Positions 1-9,742 of a stretch of 64,000 bases of DNA are shown here, piece after piece. Each line of letters opens with the position of its first letter. Position 1 is the first letter of the stretch. Under the pieces are notes generated by a model that worked only from the letters and a program-made list of their open reading frames with translations, was not told where the DNA came from and did not search any database. This stretch comes from Clostridiales bacterium. Its GTDB lineage: Bacteria; Actinomycetota; Coriobacteriia; Anaerosomatales; SLCP01. The position numbers were made by a program, and so were the translations under genes. The stretch lies in contig JAGXSG010000008.1 of NCBI GenBank assembly GCA_018333995.1, forward strand, positions 59,290 through 123,289, in the 5' to 3' direction.

Positions 1-2
1 GC

Positions 3-1184
3 GTGCCATGCGAGACGTACTTCGCCGCTGACCAGATCATCGGGCACGAGTGTCCTTCGTGCGGTCGCGACGTCGAGTTCATTCGGGAGGACAACTGGTT
101 TTTCAGGTTGTCGGAGTTTGGTGACCGCCTTCTCGAGCTCTACGAGACCCGGGCTGCCGAGGGACGCCCGTTCATCCGGCCGGAAACCCGCGCCAACGAG
201 GTCGTATCTTTCGTCAGAAGCGGCCTGAAGGATCTCTCGATCTCGCGCACCACCTTCTCCTGGGGTGTTCCACTGCCGTTTGGGGAGGGGCACGTCACGT
301 ACGTGTGGATCGACGCGCTCCTCAACTACATCACCGCTATCGGCTACGGCGATCCCGGCAAGGCCGAGGAGTTTGCGCGCCGCTGGCCGGCGCAATATCA
401 CTTTGTCGGGAAAGACATCATCCGGTTTCATTGCGTCATCTGGCCGGCGATGCTCATGGCCGCCGGTCTCGAGGTTCCCGAGTGCGTATACGCGCACGGT
501 TTCTTGCTCACCAAGGGCGAGAAGATGAGCAAGTCCAAAGGTAACGCGCAGACGCCCGCCTCATTAGTCGAGCGGTTTGGTGTCGACGCGTACCGCTACT
601 ACTTCTTGCGTGATGTACGTTTTGGCGAGGATGGTTCGATCTCGATGGAGTCGATGGTTCAGCGCTACAACGGCGACCTCGCTAACGACTGGGGCAATCT
701 GTGCTCCCGCCTGTTCAACATGACTGAGAAGTACTTCGACGGCGTAGTGCCATCCGTCCCTTTCGCCGAGCAGACCTCAGAGGCCGATGCCGCCCTGCGC
801 GAATGCGCTGAGGCGCTGCCTATCGCGTACGGGGAAGCGATGGATAGGCTCGATTACGCGAGCGCTCTCGAGGCCGCGTGGAATCTCATCAAAGACGCAA
901 ACCGCTACATCGAGAACGAGGCGCCGTGGAACCTTGCTAAGTCCGAAGAGACAGCCGGACGCCTTGCGGCCGTCATCTACAACTCGCTTGAAGCGGTGCG
1001 TATCGCCGCGCTGTTCTGCGCGCCCGTCATGCCGGTGACCTCGGCGGAGGTCTGGCGACGCCTCGACCTTGGTGACATCCACGAGGGCGACGGTATCGCG
1101 GCCGCCGCCACGTGGGGCCAGCTGCCCGCAGGCAACCGCGTGTCGAAGGGTGCCCCGCTCTTTCCGCGCATCTACGAGGAGTGA
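3..1184 (+). CDS. metG: methionyl-tRNA synthetase, C-terminal ~393 aa (5' end lies outside the window)
   Basis: ORF runs from the window edge. It has the class I aaRS KMSKS loop (EKMSKSKGN), a Zn-knuckle remnant CPSCGR and a helical anticodon-binding C-terminus. It is followed by tatD as in Bacillus metS-yabD. Confidence 0.93.
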   Translation: MPCETYFAADQIIGHECPSCGRDVEFIREDNWFFRLSEFGDRLLELYETRAAEGRPFIRPETRANEVVSFVRSGLKDLSISRTTFSWGVPLPFGEGHVTYVWIDALLNYITAIGYGDPGKAEEFARRWPAQYHFVGKDIIRFHCVIWPAMLMAAGLEVPECVYAHGFLLTKGEKMSKSKGNAQTPASLVERFGVDAYRYYFLRDVRFGEDGSISMESMVQRYNGDLANDWGNLCSRLFNMTEKYFDGVVPSVPFAEQTSEADAALRECAEALPIAYGEAMDRLDYASALEAAWNLIKDANRYIENEAPWNLAKSEETAGRLAAVIYNSLEAVRIAALFCAPVMPVTSAEVWRRLDLGDIHEGDGIAAAATWGQLPAGNRVSKGAPLFPRIYEE

Positions 1185-1192
1185 GCGCGTCG

Positions 1193-2026
1193 ATGAGTGC
1201 CAGACCCATCGAGACACCAGACCTCGGCGCGCCGGTTCCCGATACCCATGCCCATCTCGACATGCTTGACGACCCGGTCGCGGCGCTGACAGCGGCCGCA
1301 CGCGCGGGCGTGACCTTCGTCGCGACGGTGGTCGACGTCACAGAGGAACCCGGCCGGACATTCGACGGCCTCGCCGGATGGCTCGCGGCCGCTGATCCCG
1401 CACCCGGCGAGGTGAGGATCATCGTGGGCTGTCACCCGCACAACGCCAAGGACTTCTCGGCGGAGGCTCAGGCGCTACTGAGGATGTACGCCGCTGATCC
1501 GCGTGTCGCGGCGATCGGCGAAACGGGCCTTGACTTCCACTACGACAACTCGCCGAGAGACAAGCAGCGCGCAGCGTTTCGCACTCAGCTCGCTATCGCG
1601 AGAGAGTTCGATGTGCCGGTGGTCGTTCACTTGCGTGAGGCTCACGACGAGGGGATCGCCATCCTTGAGGAGATTGGCGTTCCGAAGGCTGGATGTGTCA
1701 TCCACTGCTTCACGGCGGACACGGCGCTCGCCGAGCGCTTCGTGGCCATGGGGTGCCACATCTCATTCGCAGGTCCGGTGACGTTCAAGAAGGCCGCGGC
1801 GTTGCGCGAGACCGCTGCGGCAGTCCCGGCAGATCGGCTCCTTGTCGAGAGCGACTGCCCGTTTCTAGCGCCTGAGCCGTACCGGGGGCGCGCTAACGAG
1901 CCGGCTTTCGTCACCTATACGGCCGCTGCGCTCGCGCGCGCGCGGGGGGAGGACATACTGACGTTTGCGAGCAGTCTTTCGGCCAACGCACGCGCGATCT
2001 TCTCACGTCCGCGAGGGCGACGATGA
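1193..2026 (+). CDS. tatD: TatD/YabD-family metal-dependent hydrolase
   Basis: ATG at 1193 lies 9 nt after the metG stop (TGA 1182-1184). N-terminal DTHAHLD metal-binding motif and conserved GETGLDFHY block. The ORF-track start at 1112 overlaps metG and was discarded. Confidence 0.9.
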   Translation: MSARPIETPDLGAPVPDTHAHLDMLDDPVAALTAAARAGVTFVATVVDVTEEPGRTFDGLAGWLAAADPAPGEVRIIVGCHPHNAKDFSAEAQALLRMYAADPRVAAIGETGLDFHYDNSPRDKQRAAFRTQLAIAREFDVPVVVHLREAHDEGIAILEEIGVPKAGCVIHCFTADTALAERFVAMGCHISFAGPVTFKKAAALRETAAAVPADRLLVESDCPFLAPEPYRGRANEPAFVTYTAAALARARGEDILTFASSLSANARAIFSRPRGRR

Positions 2027-2616
2027 TGGATGACCGCGCGACATTCGTGCTTGGTATCGCAGGGTCGCCGCGTCGCGGGGGCAACAGCGAACGGTTGCTC
2101 GACGCATGTCTCGCCGGGGTGGAGGAACGGGGTGCGTCAACAGGGAAGCTTGCCGTCGCTGACTTCGACATTGTCCCGTGCACGGGGTGTGGCGCGTGTG
2201 CTCGCACTGGCGCGTGCGTGATCGCCGATGATATGCCCGCGTTACTTGAGCGGCTCGACACCGCGAGTGCGATCGTGGTCGCCTCCCCGGTCTACTTCGC
2301 GTCGGTTCCCGCAGGCCTCAAAGCGTTTTACGACCGACTTCAGCCGTATTGGTCACGGCGGTACGTCCTCGGCGAGGCGGTGACGAGGTACCGGCCCGGC
2401 GCGATCCTTCTGGCGGCGGCGGGTGGTGACCCCTATGGCCACGAGTGCGCGGAGACTACCACACGAAGCGCGTTCGCATCCGTCGGCGTCCGTTTTACAG
2501 AAAAGCTCGTGGTCGTGGGTCCCGACGCACGGGGCGACATCGAGGGATACCCGGACTCGTGCGTCGAAGCGCGCGCGATCGGGTCTTCCATCGCCGACGC
2601 CACAGAGGATCCGTAG
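2023..2616 (+). CDS. flavodoxin-like fold / NADPH-dependent FMN reductase (iron-sulfur flavoprotein-like)
   Basis: GIAGSPRRGGNSE phosphate-binding loop typical of FMN reductases, plus a CTGCGAC Cys cluster. The ATG overlaps the tatD stop (ATGATG). Confidence 0.7.
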   Translation: MMDDRATFVLGIAGSPRRGGNSERLLDACLAGVEERGASTGKLAVADFDIVPCTGCGACARTGACVIADDMPALLERLDTASAIVVASPVYFASVPAGLKAFYDRLQPYWSRRYVLGEAVTRYRPGAILLAAAGGDPYGHECAETTTRSAFASVGVRFTEKLVVVGPDARGDIEGYPDSCVEARAIGSSIADATEDP

Positions 2617-2701
2617 CGACCTGGGCATTTGTGGAGGCTCTCCCCCGTGGTTATAATCGAGGCTCGTTCGCTGATCGTGACCGACCGACGAAGAGGGGTT
2701 C

Positions 2702-3724
2702 ATGGGAGCATCGCCGGATGGCCCGGCACGGTTTCTCAAGACCCGCCACATACTTGTAGCCCTCTTTGCAGCAGCGCTCGTCGTAGTGAGTGTAACCGGA
2801 TTCGTATGGGCCGATAAGGGCGTCACCCTGGTCGTTGACGGGGAGACGCGTCATCTCACAACCAATGTCGAACGCGTCTCGGATCTTCTCGCTGAGGTGG
2901 GCGTTGGCGTTGACCCTGCAGACGTAGTGTCCCCGTCTGCTTCAACACCCCTTGTTGACGGGATGACTATCGTCGTCCGGCACGCGACCTCCGTAACCGT
3001 CGACTTATCCGGCGGTGCGATCGAGCTCGATGTGGTAGGAACGAACGTCACGGATGCGCTTATCGCGGCCGGCATCGATCCGACCTCCGGGATATCGGTG
3101 GACCCCTCGCTCGAAACTCCACTCGCTGAGGACATGCGCATCACGGTGACGGATGTCTTTGTACGCGTCGTCGAGGAGTACGTTGACGTCGAGTACGAAG
3201 TCGTCACAGAGAATGACGCCGCCTTGCCGCAGGGCGCCCGCGCCATCAAGAACCACGGTGAGCCCGGGAAGGCCGTCAAAGTCTACCGTGTCGTGGTGAC
3301 AGACGGGGTTGAGGGACCGCGCTCGCTTGTGGCCGAGCGGATCGTGAGCGAGCCCGTCGACGAGGTGGTCCTCCTCGGGACGAAGCGTTCCGCGGGTCGC
3401 ATTGTCGCGGCGCGCGCCGGAGCGAGTGTTACGCCTCCGCGTGGCGGGACTAAGCTGACGGTTGTCGCCACCGGCTATACGCCGGGCGATCCCGGCGTGG
3501 ACGATTGGACGGCCACCGGCGCTCGTGCTATTCGAGGCGTCATCGCTGTCGACCCGTCGGTCATCCCGCTTGGAACCCGAGTCTACGTCCCCGGCTACGG
3601 CTATGCGGTCGCGGCGGACACAGGTGGCGCCATCAAGGGCAACAAGATCGACCTGTGCTTCGACACGCGCACGGAGGCCCTCAACTGGGGCCGGCGCACC
3701 GTGACGATCATCATTCTCCCCTAG
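2702..3724 (+). CDS. YabE-like cell-wall protein (N-terminal TM anchor, DUF348 repeats, G5 domain, C-terminal 3D domain)
   Basis: TM helix ILVALFAAALVVVSVTGFVW. Repeated V..DG....L.T....V.D.L modules. C-terminal 3D-domain signature TGYTPGD...VIAVDPSVIPLGTRVYVPGYGYAVAADTGGAIKGNKIDL. Same position as B. subtilis yabE. Confidence 0.85.
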   Translation: MGASPDGPARFLKTRHILVALFAAALVVVSVTGFVWADKGVTLVVDGETRHLTTNVERVSDLLAEVGVGVDPADVVSPSASTPLVDGMTIVVRHATSVTVDLSGGAIELDVVGTNVTDALIAAGIDPTSGISVDPSLETPLAEDMRITVTDVFVRVVEEYVDVEYEVVTENDAALPQGARAIKNHGEPGKAVKVYRVVVTDGVEGPRSLVAERIVSEPVDEVVLLGTKRSAGRIVAARAGASVTPPRGGTKLTVVATGYTPGDPGVDDWTATGARAIRGVIAVDPSVIPLGTRVYVPGYGYAVAADTGGAIKGNKIDLCFDTRTEALNWGRRTVTIIILP

Positions 3725-3737
3725 AGCGGTCTGTCCG

Positions 3738-4649
3738 ATGCCCTATTCGGCACTCGCCAACCCTGGGGCGACGGCCAAGGTGCTCGCCGAGCATGGCTTG
3801 TTCACTCGCAAGTCGCTCGGTCAGCACTTTCTCGTGGATGACAACGTTGTCGGCAAGATTCTCGCTCTCGCGGCGCTCTCTGGCGACGAGCCCGTTTTAG
3901 AGGTCGGTCCGGGGATCGGTACTCTCACGGTCGCGTTGTGCCGGTCTGTGGGGACGCTCGTCGCTGTGGAGCGCGACGAACGGCTGTTGCCTGTCCTCGC
4001 GGAAGCGATGGCTGGTTGCGAGCGAGTGCGGATCGTCAGGGGAGATGCGGTCCGCGTGCCCATTGACATGCTGGAGACACCGCTCGGACCCCCGGTCGCG
4101 CTGGTTGCCAATCTTCCGTACGCGGTCGCAGCGACCGTCGTGCTCCGGTTCTTCGAGGAGCTGCCTTCACTTCGGACTGCGGTGGTGATGGTGCAGTCCG
4201 AAGTCGCCGATCGCATGTTTGCGATACCTGGCACCAAGCAGTACGGGGCCTACACGGTCAAGCTCCGGCTACACGCCGAGCCGACTGGACGGTTCTCGGT
4301 CTCGCGGACGTGTTTTCTGCCCCCGCCGAGAGTGGACTCTGCTGTAGTGCGACTCGATCGCGTTGGCTCCGGATACCCGGACGAACTCAAGGTAACAGCC
4401 GCCCACCTTGCTGACGCCGCGTTCGCACAGCGCCGCAAGACGCTGCGAAACTCGCTGACGTCCGCGCTTGGCGCAGACCCGGAGAGTGTTGACCGTACGC
4501 TCTCGGCGGCACGGATCGATGGCGGGAGGCGAGCTGAAACGCTTTCGGTCGAGGAGTTCGTCCAACTAGCTCTTCAGGCAACACGTTGCCGTCTGTTGGC
4601 CAATGGCACCACTGCGGAGCTGAACGCCTCGCCGCCGCCCGATCCATAG
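3738..4649 (+). CDS. rsmA: 16S rRNA (adenine1518/1519-N6)-dimethyltransferase
   Basis: LGQHFLVD motif, SAM-binding VLEVGPGIGTLT, NLPY catalytic motif (ANLPYAV). Confidence 0.92.
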   Translation: MPYSALANPGATAKVLAEHGLFTRKSLGQHFLVDDNVVGKILALAALSGDEPVLEVGPGIGTLTVALCRSVGTLVAVERDERLLPVLAEAMAGCERVRIVRGDAVRVPIDMLETPLGPPVALVANLPYAVAATVVLRFFEELPSLRTAVVMVQSEVADRMFAIPGTKQYGAYTVKLRLHAEPTGRFSVSRTCFLPPPRVDSAVVRLDRVGSGYPDELKVTAAHLADAAFAQRRKTLRNSLTSALGADPESVDRTLSAARIDGGRRAETLSVEEFVQLALQATRCRLLANGTTAELNASPPPDP

Positions 4650-4681
4650 CCTTGAGATGCTTCCCGAAACCGTTTCGGTCG

Positions 4682-4710
4682 TTGAGTTTCCAGCCGCTTT
4701 GCGCTACACT
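4682..4710 (+). promoter_or_regulatory. candidate sigma-70-type promoter for veg (TTGAGT-17 nt-TACACT)
   Basis: -35 TTGAGT at 4682-4687, 17-nt spacer, -10 TACACT at 4705-4710. Sits ~27 nt upstream of the veg ATG, whose RBS is AAAGGAGG. Confidence 0.35.
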
Positions 4711-4736
4711 ACTCTTTCGTACAAAGGAGGCGGTGT

Positions 4737-5018
4737 ATGGATGTAGCGCAGCAGACTGAGGTCGTCGGCCGTATCCGAGACGACCTCAAGGGGCTTATGG
4801 GTACGAGGATGCGCCTGAAGGCGAACATGGGTCGCTCGAAGATCGTCGAGCGCGAGGGGGTTCTCGAACAGACACACCCAAGTTTGTTCGTCGTCAAAGT
4901 CGACGAGAAGCGGGAGCGCACCGCGCGGGTATCCTACAGTTACGTCGACGTCCTTACTGGCACGGTCGAGTTGAGCTGCGTCGAGAGCGGGGAGAGCCTG
5001 CTCCCGTGGCTGAACTAG
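4737..5018 (+). CDS. veg: Veg family protein (DUF1021)
   Basis: 93-aa protein with the Veg-like core IRDDLKGLMGTRMRLKANMGRSKIVEREGVLEQTHPSLFVV. Strong RBS. Between ksgA and ispE as in Bacillus. Confidence 0.85.
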   Translation: MDVAQQTEVVGRIRDDLKGLMGTRMRLKANMGRSKIVEREGVLEQTHPSLFVVKVDEKRERTARVSYSYVDVLTGTVELSCVESGESLLPWLN

Positions 5019-5095
5019 CGGGCCACATCACGCATGGCATCGTCCGGCGCGGAGCATTCGCGGCTCCGCGTCTCGTGTAGTGGAAGGTTTCGATC

Positions 5096-5992
5096 GTGCC
5101 GGGTGACGTCGGCATCGTAGTGGAGGCGCCTGCCAAGGTGAACCTCCATCTGAGCGTGGGGGATGTCAGGCCGGATGGATTCCATGACGTCGAGACGGTG
5201 CTCCATGCGCTCGATCTCTGTGACACCGTCACGCTCGAGCGCTCGCGTGGCCTCTCGCTTGTGTGTGATGTTGATCTAGGAATTCCCGCCGAGGCGAATC
5301 TCGCTATGCGCGCGGCCGTGGCGCTCGCAACTGTGCTGAACAGGGTGCCCGATGTGCGCATCACGCTAGAGAAGCGAATTCCCGCTGGTGCCGGTCTCGG
5401 CGGGGCAAGCACGGACGCCGCGGCGGTGCTAGCCGGCCTTCCCTCACTTTGGGAGGTCGAGGTCTCCGGCGATACGCTCCGTCAGATCGCCGTCGGACTC
5501 GGTGCTGACGTGCCGTTCTTTCTGCGTGGAGGTAGTGGGCTGTACTCGGGGCGCGGCGATGTCTTCGTGGAGGAGATCGACGTCCCGGTGCTCGACGTTG
5601 CGCTGGTCAAACCGCGGTCGCACGTGTCGACCGCGCGCGCGTACGCAATGTTCGACCGTATCGGCGTGTCGTCCCGCACCGGCGCGGCAACGATCATCGC
5701 GGCGTGCCGATCGGGGGACCCGCGAGCGGTTGCGGGCGCGTTGCACAACAACTTGACGGAGGCGGCTGTCGCGCTCGTACCTGAGATAGCCGATGTCATG
5801 GCGGTGTGCGATGCTCACCCTGGAGTTCTCGGCTGCCTGCTTTCAGGTAGCGGCTCGGCGGTGTTTGCCGTCTGTGACTCAAGCGAATCAGCTAGTGGCT
5901 TGGCAGAGCGCGGTCAGGCTCAAGGTCTTTGGGCGCGTGCGACGCGTTCCCGCGCGGATGTCGTCCGGCGGATAGCGGAAGGGCGTGCGTGA
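5096..5992 (+). CDS. ispE: 4-diphosphocytidyl-2-C-methyl-D-erythritol kinase
   Basis: GHMP-kinase motif IPAGAGLGGASTDAAAVL. N-terminal APAKVNLHLSV typical of IspE. Confidence 0.9.
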   Translation: MPGDVGIVVEAPAKVNLHLSVGDVRPDGFHDVETVLHALDLCDTVTLERSRGLSLVCDVDLGIPAEANLAMRAAVALATVLNRVPDVRITLEKRIPAGAGLGGASTDAAAVLAGLPSLWEVEVSGDTLRQIAVGLGADVPFFLRGGSGLYSGRGDVFVEEIDVPVLDVALVKPRSHVSTARAYAMFDRIGVSSRTGAATIIAACRSGDPRAVAGALHNNLTEAAVALVPEIADVMAVCDAHPGVLGCLLSGSGSAVFAVCDSSESASGLAERGQAQGLWARATRSRADVVRRIAEGRA

Positions 5993-5995
5993 CAT

Positions 5996-6772
5996 ATGGT
6001 CGATGCGGTAGTGCTTGCCGGCGGCGATGGCGCGGTCATCGACCCTGCGTGCCGCTTTAAGGGGCTGCTTCCGATAGCCGGTCGACCGATGGTCGAGTGG
6101 GTCGCGGACGCGCTTCTCGCCGCCGAGACTATTCGTGAGGTCGCCGTGGTGGTGCCATCCGCAGAAAACCTTGGCAAGTGGGTCGATGACGTAGGCAAGA
6201 TCGTCGTGTCTGACGGGTCGTTCGTCGACAACGTGGTCGCTGGACTTGGTGCGTTTAGGGGGGAGCGGCCGGTGTTGCTGGTCACCGGCGACATCCCCGC
6301 TATCACTCCGGAAGCGATCGACGATTTTGTGCGATCGAGCCTGGCAACGGGCGCGGATGTGACGTACCCGCTGGTGCGGAAGGAAGACGTCCTCACCCAG
6401 TTTCCAGGATCGAAGCGCACCTACATCAGACTTATTGACGGTCCGGTGACCGGGGGGAACATGATGCTCGTCAATCCCGTCTTGTTACTTGCGAACCGTG
6501 AGATCGGTGGACGGATCTTCGCGACGCGCAAGAGTCCGGTAGCGATGGCCCACATCATCGGTATACGTTTCGTTGTGAAACTCGTTTTTGGTAGACTGAC
6601 CGTATCGGAGGTCGAACAGAAGCTCGGGAAGCTCATCGGAGGTACCGGGGCGGCCGTCTACACGGCGTACGCGTCGGTCGGGGCGGACGTCGACAAACGA
6701 GAAGACGTGGTGGTCGCCGAGAAGGCTCTTTACGAGCGAACGAGGGACAGGGCGGTCTCCAAAGTGGAATAG
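5996..6772 (+). CDS. MobA-like NTP-transferase domain protein (nucleotidyltransferase family)
   Basis: N-terminal VVLAGGDG...LLPIAGRPMVEWV nucleotide-binding loop. Substrate not assignable. Confidence 0.65.
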   Translation: MVDAVVLAGGDGAVIDPACRFKGLLPIAGRPMVEWVADALLAAETIREVAVVVPSAENLGKWVDDVGKIVVSDGSFVDNVVAGLGAFRGERPVLLVTGDIPAITPEAIDDFVRSSLATGADVTYPLVRKEDVLTQFPGSKRTYIRLIDGPVTGGNMMLVNPVLLLANREIGGRIFATRKSPVAMAHIIGIRFVVKLVFGRLTVSEVEQKLGKLIGGTGAAVYTAYASVGADVDKREDVVVAEKALYERTRDRAVSKVE

Positions 6773-6856
6773 GTTGAGTAGCGTCGCTCTTCGCCCCACC
6801 GGGGGGAACGATAGGGTGTGAGCGCGCAGAACCCGCACGCGAACGAGGGGGTCACG

Positions 6857-7153
6857 ATGAACATAACAAAGGTCACACTCAGACCTGTCACGATGAACAA
6901 GGTATGCGCTATCGCCAGCATCGTCATTGATGATGCGTTTGCGGTTCATGACCTGCGGGTAGTCAACGGCGATAAAGGCGTGTTCGTCGCAATGCCGTCG
7001 CGTCGACTTCCCAACGGGGACTTCCGCGATATCTGTCATCCGATCAACGCTGAAGCCAGGGAGCGCATCCAGCAGTCTGTCCTCAGCCAGCTCGAAGCTG
7101 AGGGGGGCGTCGAGGCGTTCGCCTCACGGATCGGCCTCCCCGTGGAGGCGTAG
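6857..7153 (+). CDS. spoVG: SpoVG family protein
   Basis: MNITKVTLRPV...ASIVIDDAFAVHDLRVVNGDKGVFVAMPSRR is the canonical SpoVG core. ATG 6857 is preceded by GAGGGGG. The GTG at 6818 in the ORF track is a less likely start. Confidence 0.9.
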   Translation: MNITKVTLRPVTMNKVCAIASIVIDDAFAVHDLRVVNGDKGVFVAMPSRRLPNGDFRDICHPINAEARERIQQSVLSQLEAEGGVEAFASRIGLPVEA

Positions 7154-7178
7154 CAGGATCGCGTCAACGAACACAGAT

Positions 7179-7207
7179 TTGACCTGAGCCGAAGAGCTAC
7201 CTACTAT
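7179..7207 (+). promoter_or_regulatory. candidate promoter for tRNA-Gln (TTGACC-17 nt-TACTAT)
   Basis: -35 TTGACC at 7179-7184, 17-nt spacer, -10 TACTAT at 7202-7207. The tRNA 5' end is at 7218. Confidence 0.4.
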
Positions 7208-7217
7208 CGGTGTGCTC

Positions 7218-7292
7218 TGGGGCGTAGCCAAGCGGTAAGGCAGAGGACTTTGGATCCTCGACTCGTAGGTTCGAATCCTACCGCCCCAGCCA
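7218..7292 (+). tRNA. tRNA-Gln (anticodon TTG), CCA encoded
   Basis: Hand-folded cloverleaf. Acceptor TGGGGCG/CGCCCCA. Anticodon arm GAGGA-CTTTGGA-TCCTC. T arm GTAGG-TTCGAAT-CCTAC. Discriminator G followed by CCA. Confidence 0.9.
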
Positions 7293-7348
7293 CATCGATT
7301 ACCTCATCCGGGATAGTGAAGTCCGCGGATAGACAAGGAGCGCACGCG

Positions 7349-8734
7349 ATGGGCGCGACCGCACTCGTCCTCGCAGCCGGCGAGGGCACGAGAATGAAGT
7401 CGGACCTCCCCAAGGTGGCCCACAGCATCCTCGGCATTCCGATGGTGGGCTTCGTCGTAGACGCAGCTCGCGACGCAGGTTGCGAGCGAGTCGTGGTGAT
7501 CACCGGACACGGTGCGGACCTCGTGGAGTCCCTGTTGAGCGGCGTCGAGTTCGCTCGGCAGGACCGGCGGCTCGGTACCGGCCACGCGGTGATGTGCGCC
7601 CAGGAAACGCTCATCCCGGTGCGTGGCTCGCTAGTCGTCCTGTCAGGGGACACTCCGCTTGTGAGGCCGCAGACTATCGCGGCGCTCATCGCACAGCGAG
7701 AGCGTCATGGAGCGGGCGCTGCGGTTCTCACCGCGCTCATGCCAGACCCGGCAGGGTACGGCAGGATCGTGCGCGATGAAGCCGGGGAAGTCACGGCGAT
7801 CATCGAGCAGAAGGAGTGCACGCCTGAGCAGGCTAAGATAACCGAGGTCAACACGGGGACGTACTGTTTCGATGCGGAAGATCTCTTTGGGCGCATCGAT
7901 CGGCTGACCGCCGACAACGCACAAGCCGAGTTCTACCTGACCGACATGATCGCGCTGATGCACGCCGAAGGTCTCGGGGTGGTGCCGCTCGTCGCAGACG
8001 ACGCACGAGAGACACTCGGTGTGAACTCGCGGATACAACTTGCCGAGGCTTCTTCTGTCCTTCAGGAGCGCATCAACGCGCGCCACATGTTGGCCGGGGT
8101 GACAATGATCGATCCCCGGCTCGTGTGGATTGGTCCGCACGTCGAGATGGGACGCGACGTGGTGATCGAGCCGATGACGTTTGTGCTCGGCTCATCGACA
8201 GTTGGCGACAGAACCGTTCTTGGTCCCAACACGAGGATCACCGACTCGAAGATTGGCGCTGACGCCGTGGTCGACTCATCGGTCGTACTGGAAGCGGCGG
8301 TGGGACCGCACGCCCGTGTGGGCCCGGTCGCGTACTTACGGCCTGGGACCGTGCTCGCGGATGGCGCGAAGGCGGGTACGTGTGTCGAGATAAAGAACTC
8401 GACGATAGGGGAAGGTTCCAAAGTGCCGCACCTCTCGTATATCGGCGATGCCGAGATCGGTCGTAAGGTCAACGTGGGAGCGGGAACCATCACGTGCAAC
8501 TACGATGGTGCGAGAAAGCATCGGACCACAATTAAGGACGGGGCGTTCATCGGCTCTGATACCATGCTGGTGGCGCCAGTGACGATCGGTGAGGGTGCGG
8601 TCACCGCTGCGGCGAGTGCGATATCGCACGACGTCCCGCCCGGATCGCTCGCGATTGAGCGGTGCGAGCAGCGAGTTGTGGAGGGATGGGTGGCACGGCG
8701 CACTGTCGGAGATCATCGGACGAAGGGCGAGTGA
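7349..8734 (+). CDS. glmU: bifunctional UDP-N-acetylglucosamine pyrophosphorylase / glucosamine-1-phosphate N-acetyltransferase
   Basis: LAAGEGTRMKS nucleotidyltransferase loop, C-terminal hexapeptide-repeat beta-helix. ATG 7349 follows AAGGAG. The ORF-track start at 7250 would overlap the tRNA. Confidence 0.93.
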   Translation: MGATALVLAAGEGTRMKSDLPKVAHSILGIPMVGFVVDAARDAGCERVVVITGHGADLVESLLSGVEFARQDRRLGTGHAVMCAQETLIPVRGSLVVLSGDTPLVRPQTIAALIAQRERHGAGAAVLTALMPDPAGYGRIVRDEAGEVTAIIEQKECTPEQAKITEVNTGTYCFDAEDLFGRIDRLTADNAQAEFYLTDMIALMHAEGLGVVPLVADDARETLGVNSRIQLAEASSVLQERINARHMLAGVTMIDPRLVWIGPHVEMGRDVVIEPMTFVLGSSTVGDRTVLGPNTRITDSKIGADAVVDSSVVLEAAVGPHARVGPVAYLRPGTVLADGAKAGTCVEIKNSTIGEGSKVPHLSYIGDAEIGRKVNVGAGTITCNYDGARKHRTTIKDGAFIGSDTMLVAPVTIGEGAVTAAASAISHDVPPGSLAIERCEQRVVEGWVARRTVGDHRTKGE

Positions 8735-9696
8735 TGTCGGATTCCGGCAAGCGCATGATGGTGTTTAGCGGCACGTCGAATCGTGGCCTGTCCGAGGGGG
8801 TCGCTCGGCATCTTGGTGTAGAGCTTGGCAACGTCAAGATATCGAAGTTCGCCAATGGTGAGATTTACGTAAGGTTTCTTGAGAGCGTGCGCGGCGCCGA
8901 TGTGTTCCTTTTGCACTCAGCGTGCGAGCCGGTAAACGACGCCATCATGGAGTTGCTTATCATGGCGGATGCCGCGAAACGCGCGAGCTCCCGCAGTATC
9001 ACCGCGGTGATCAGCCACTATGGATACGCCCGCCAGGACAAGAAGTCGGCCGCGCGTGAGCCGATCACGGCAAAGCTGATAGCGGACCTCATGACGGTTT
9101 CCGGAGTCGACAAGGTCATCGCGATGGACTTGCATCAAGGGCAGATCCAAGGATTTTTTGACCAGCCTGTCAACCACCTCACGGCTCTGCCAATCCTTGC
9201 GGATTACTTCGAGAGTCTGCCGCTTGAGGAGGTGTGTGTCGTCTCCCCGGATGTCGGGCGGGTCAAGGTGGCCAAGAAGTTCGCCGACATGCTTGGGGCG
9301 AGTCTGGCGATCATGCACAAGGGCCGCCCAGATCACAACGTCGCGGAAATCACCCACGTCATCGGCGAGGTGGACGGCCGGACCTGCATCATCATCGACG
9401 ACATGGTCGACACGGGCGGCTCGGTGACCGAGGGGGCCAGGAGCCTCATCAACAAGGGCGCGAAGATGGTCTACGTCACAGCGACTCACGGAGTGTTTTC
9501 CCCGCCAGCGTACGAGCGCATCAAGTCGTCTCCGATTACCGAGGTCGTGGTGACAAACACGCTTGCCGTCCCCGATGCGCAGCTCGGTGGCAAGATACGG
9601 GTGTTGAGCGTCGCGCCTCTTATCGCGCACGCGATCCAAAACGTGTACAACGACGAATCGGTGTCCGAGCTGTTCGACCCCGATTTCCAGCTCTGA
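8734..9696 (+). CDS. prs: ribose-phosphate pyrophosphokinase
   Basis: PRPP-binding loop CIIIDDMVDTGGS. N-terminal MMVFSGTSN...LG. Start overlaps the glmU stop (TGATG). Confidence 0.93.
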   Translation: MSDSGKRMMVFSGTSNRGLSEGVARHLGVELGNVKISKFANGEIYVRFLESVRGADVFLLHSACEPVNDAIMELLIMADAAKRASSRSITAVISHYGYARQDKKSAAREPITAKLIADLMTVSGVDKVIAMDLHQGQIQGFFDQPVNHLTALPILADYFESLPLEEVCVVSPDVGRVKVAKKFADMLGASLAIMHKGRPDHNVAEITHVIGEVDGRTCIIIDDMVDTGGSVTEGARSLINKGAKMVYVTATHGVFSPPAYERIKSSPITEVVVTNTLAVPDAQLGGKIRVLSVAPLIAHAIQNVYNDESVSELFDPDFQL

Positions 9697-9742
9697 CGCG
9701 ACACATCACAACCGCCCATCTTACCGAAGGAGCGATGTCAAC

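Noticed and set aside
7250-7348. N-terminal extension of glmU in the ORF track
   Set aside because: It would translate through tRNA-Gln (7218-7292). ATG 7349 with AAGGAG gives the canonical GlmU N-terminus.
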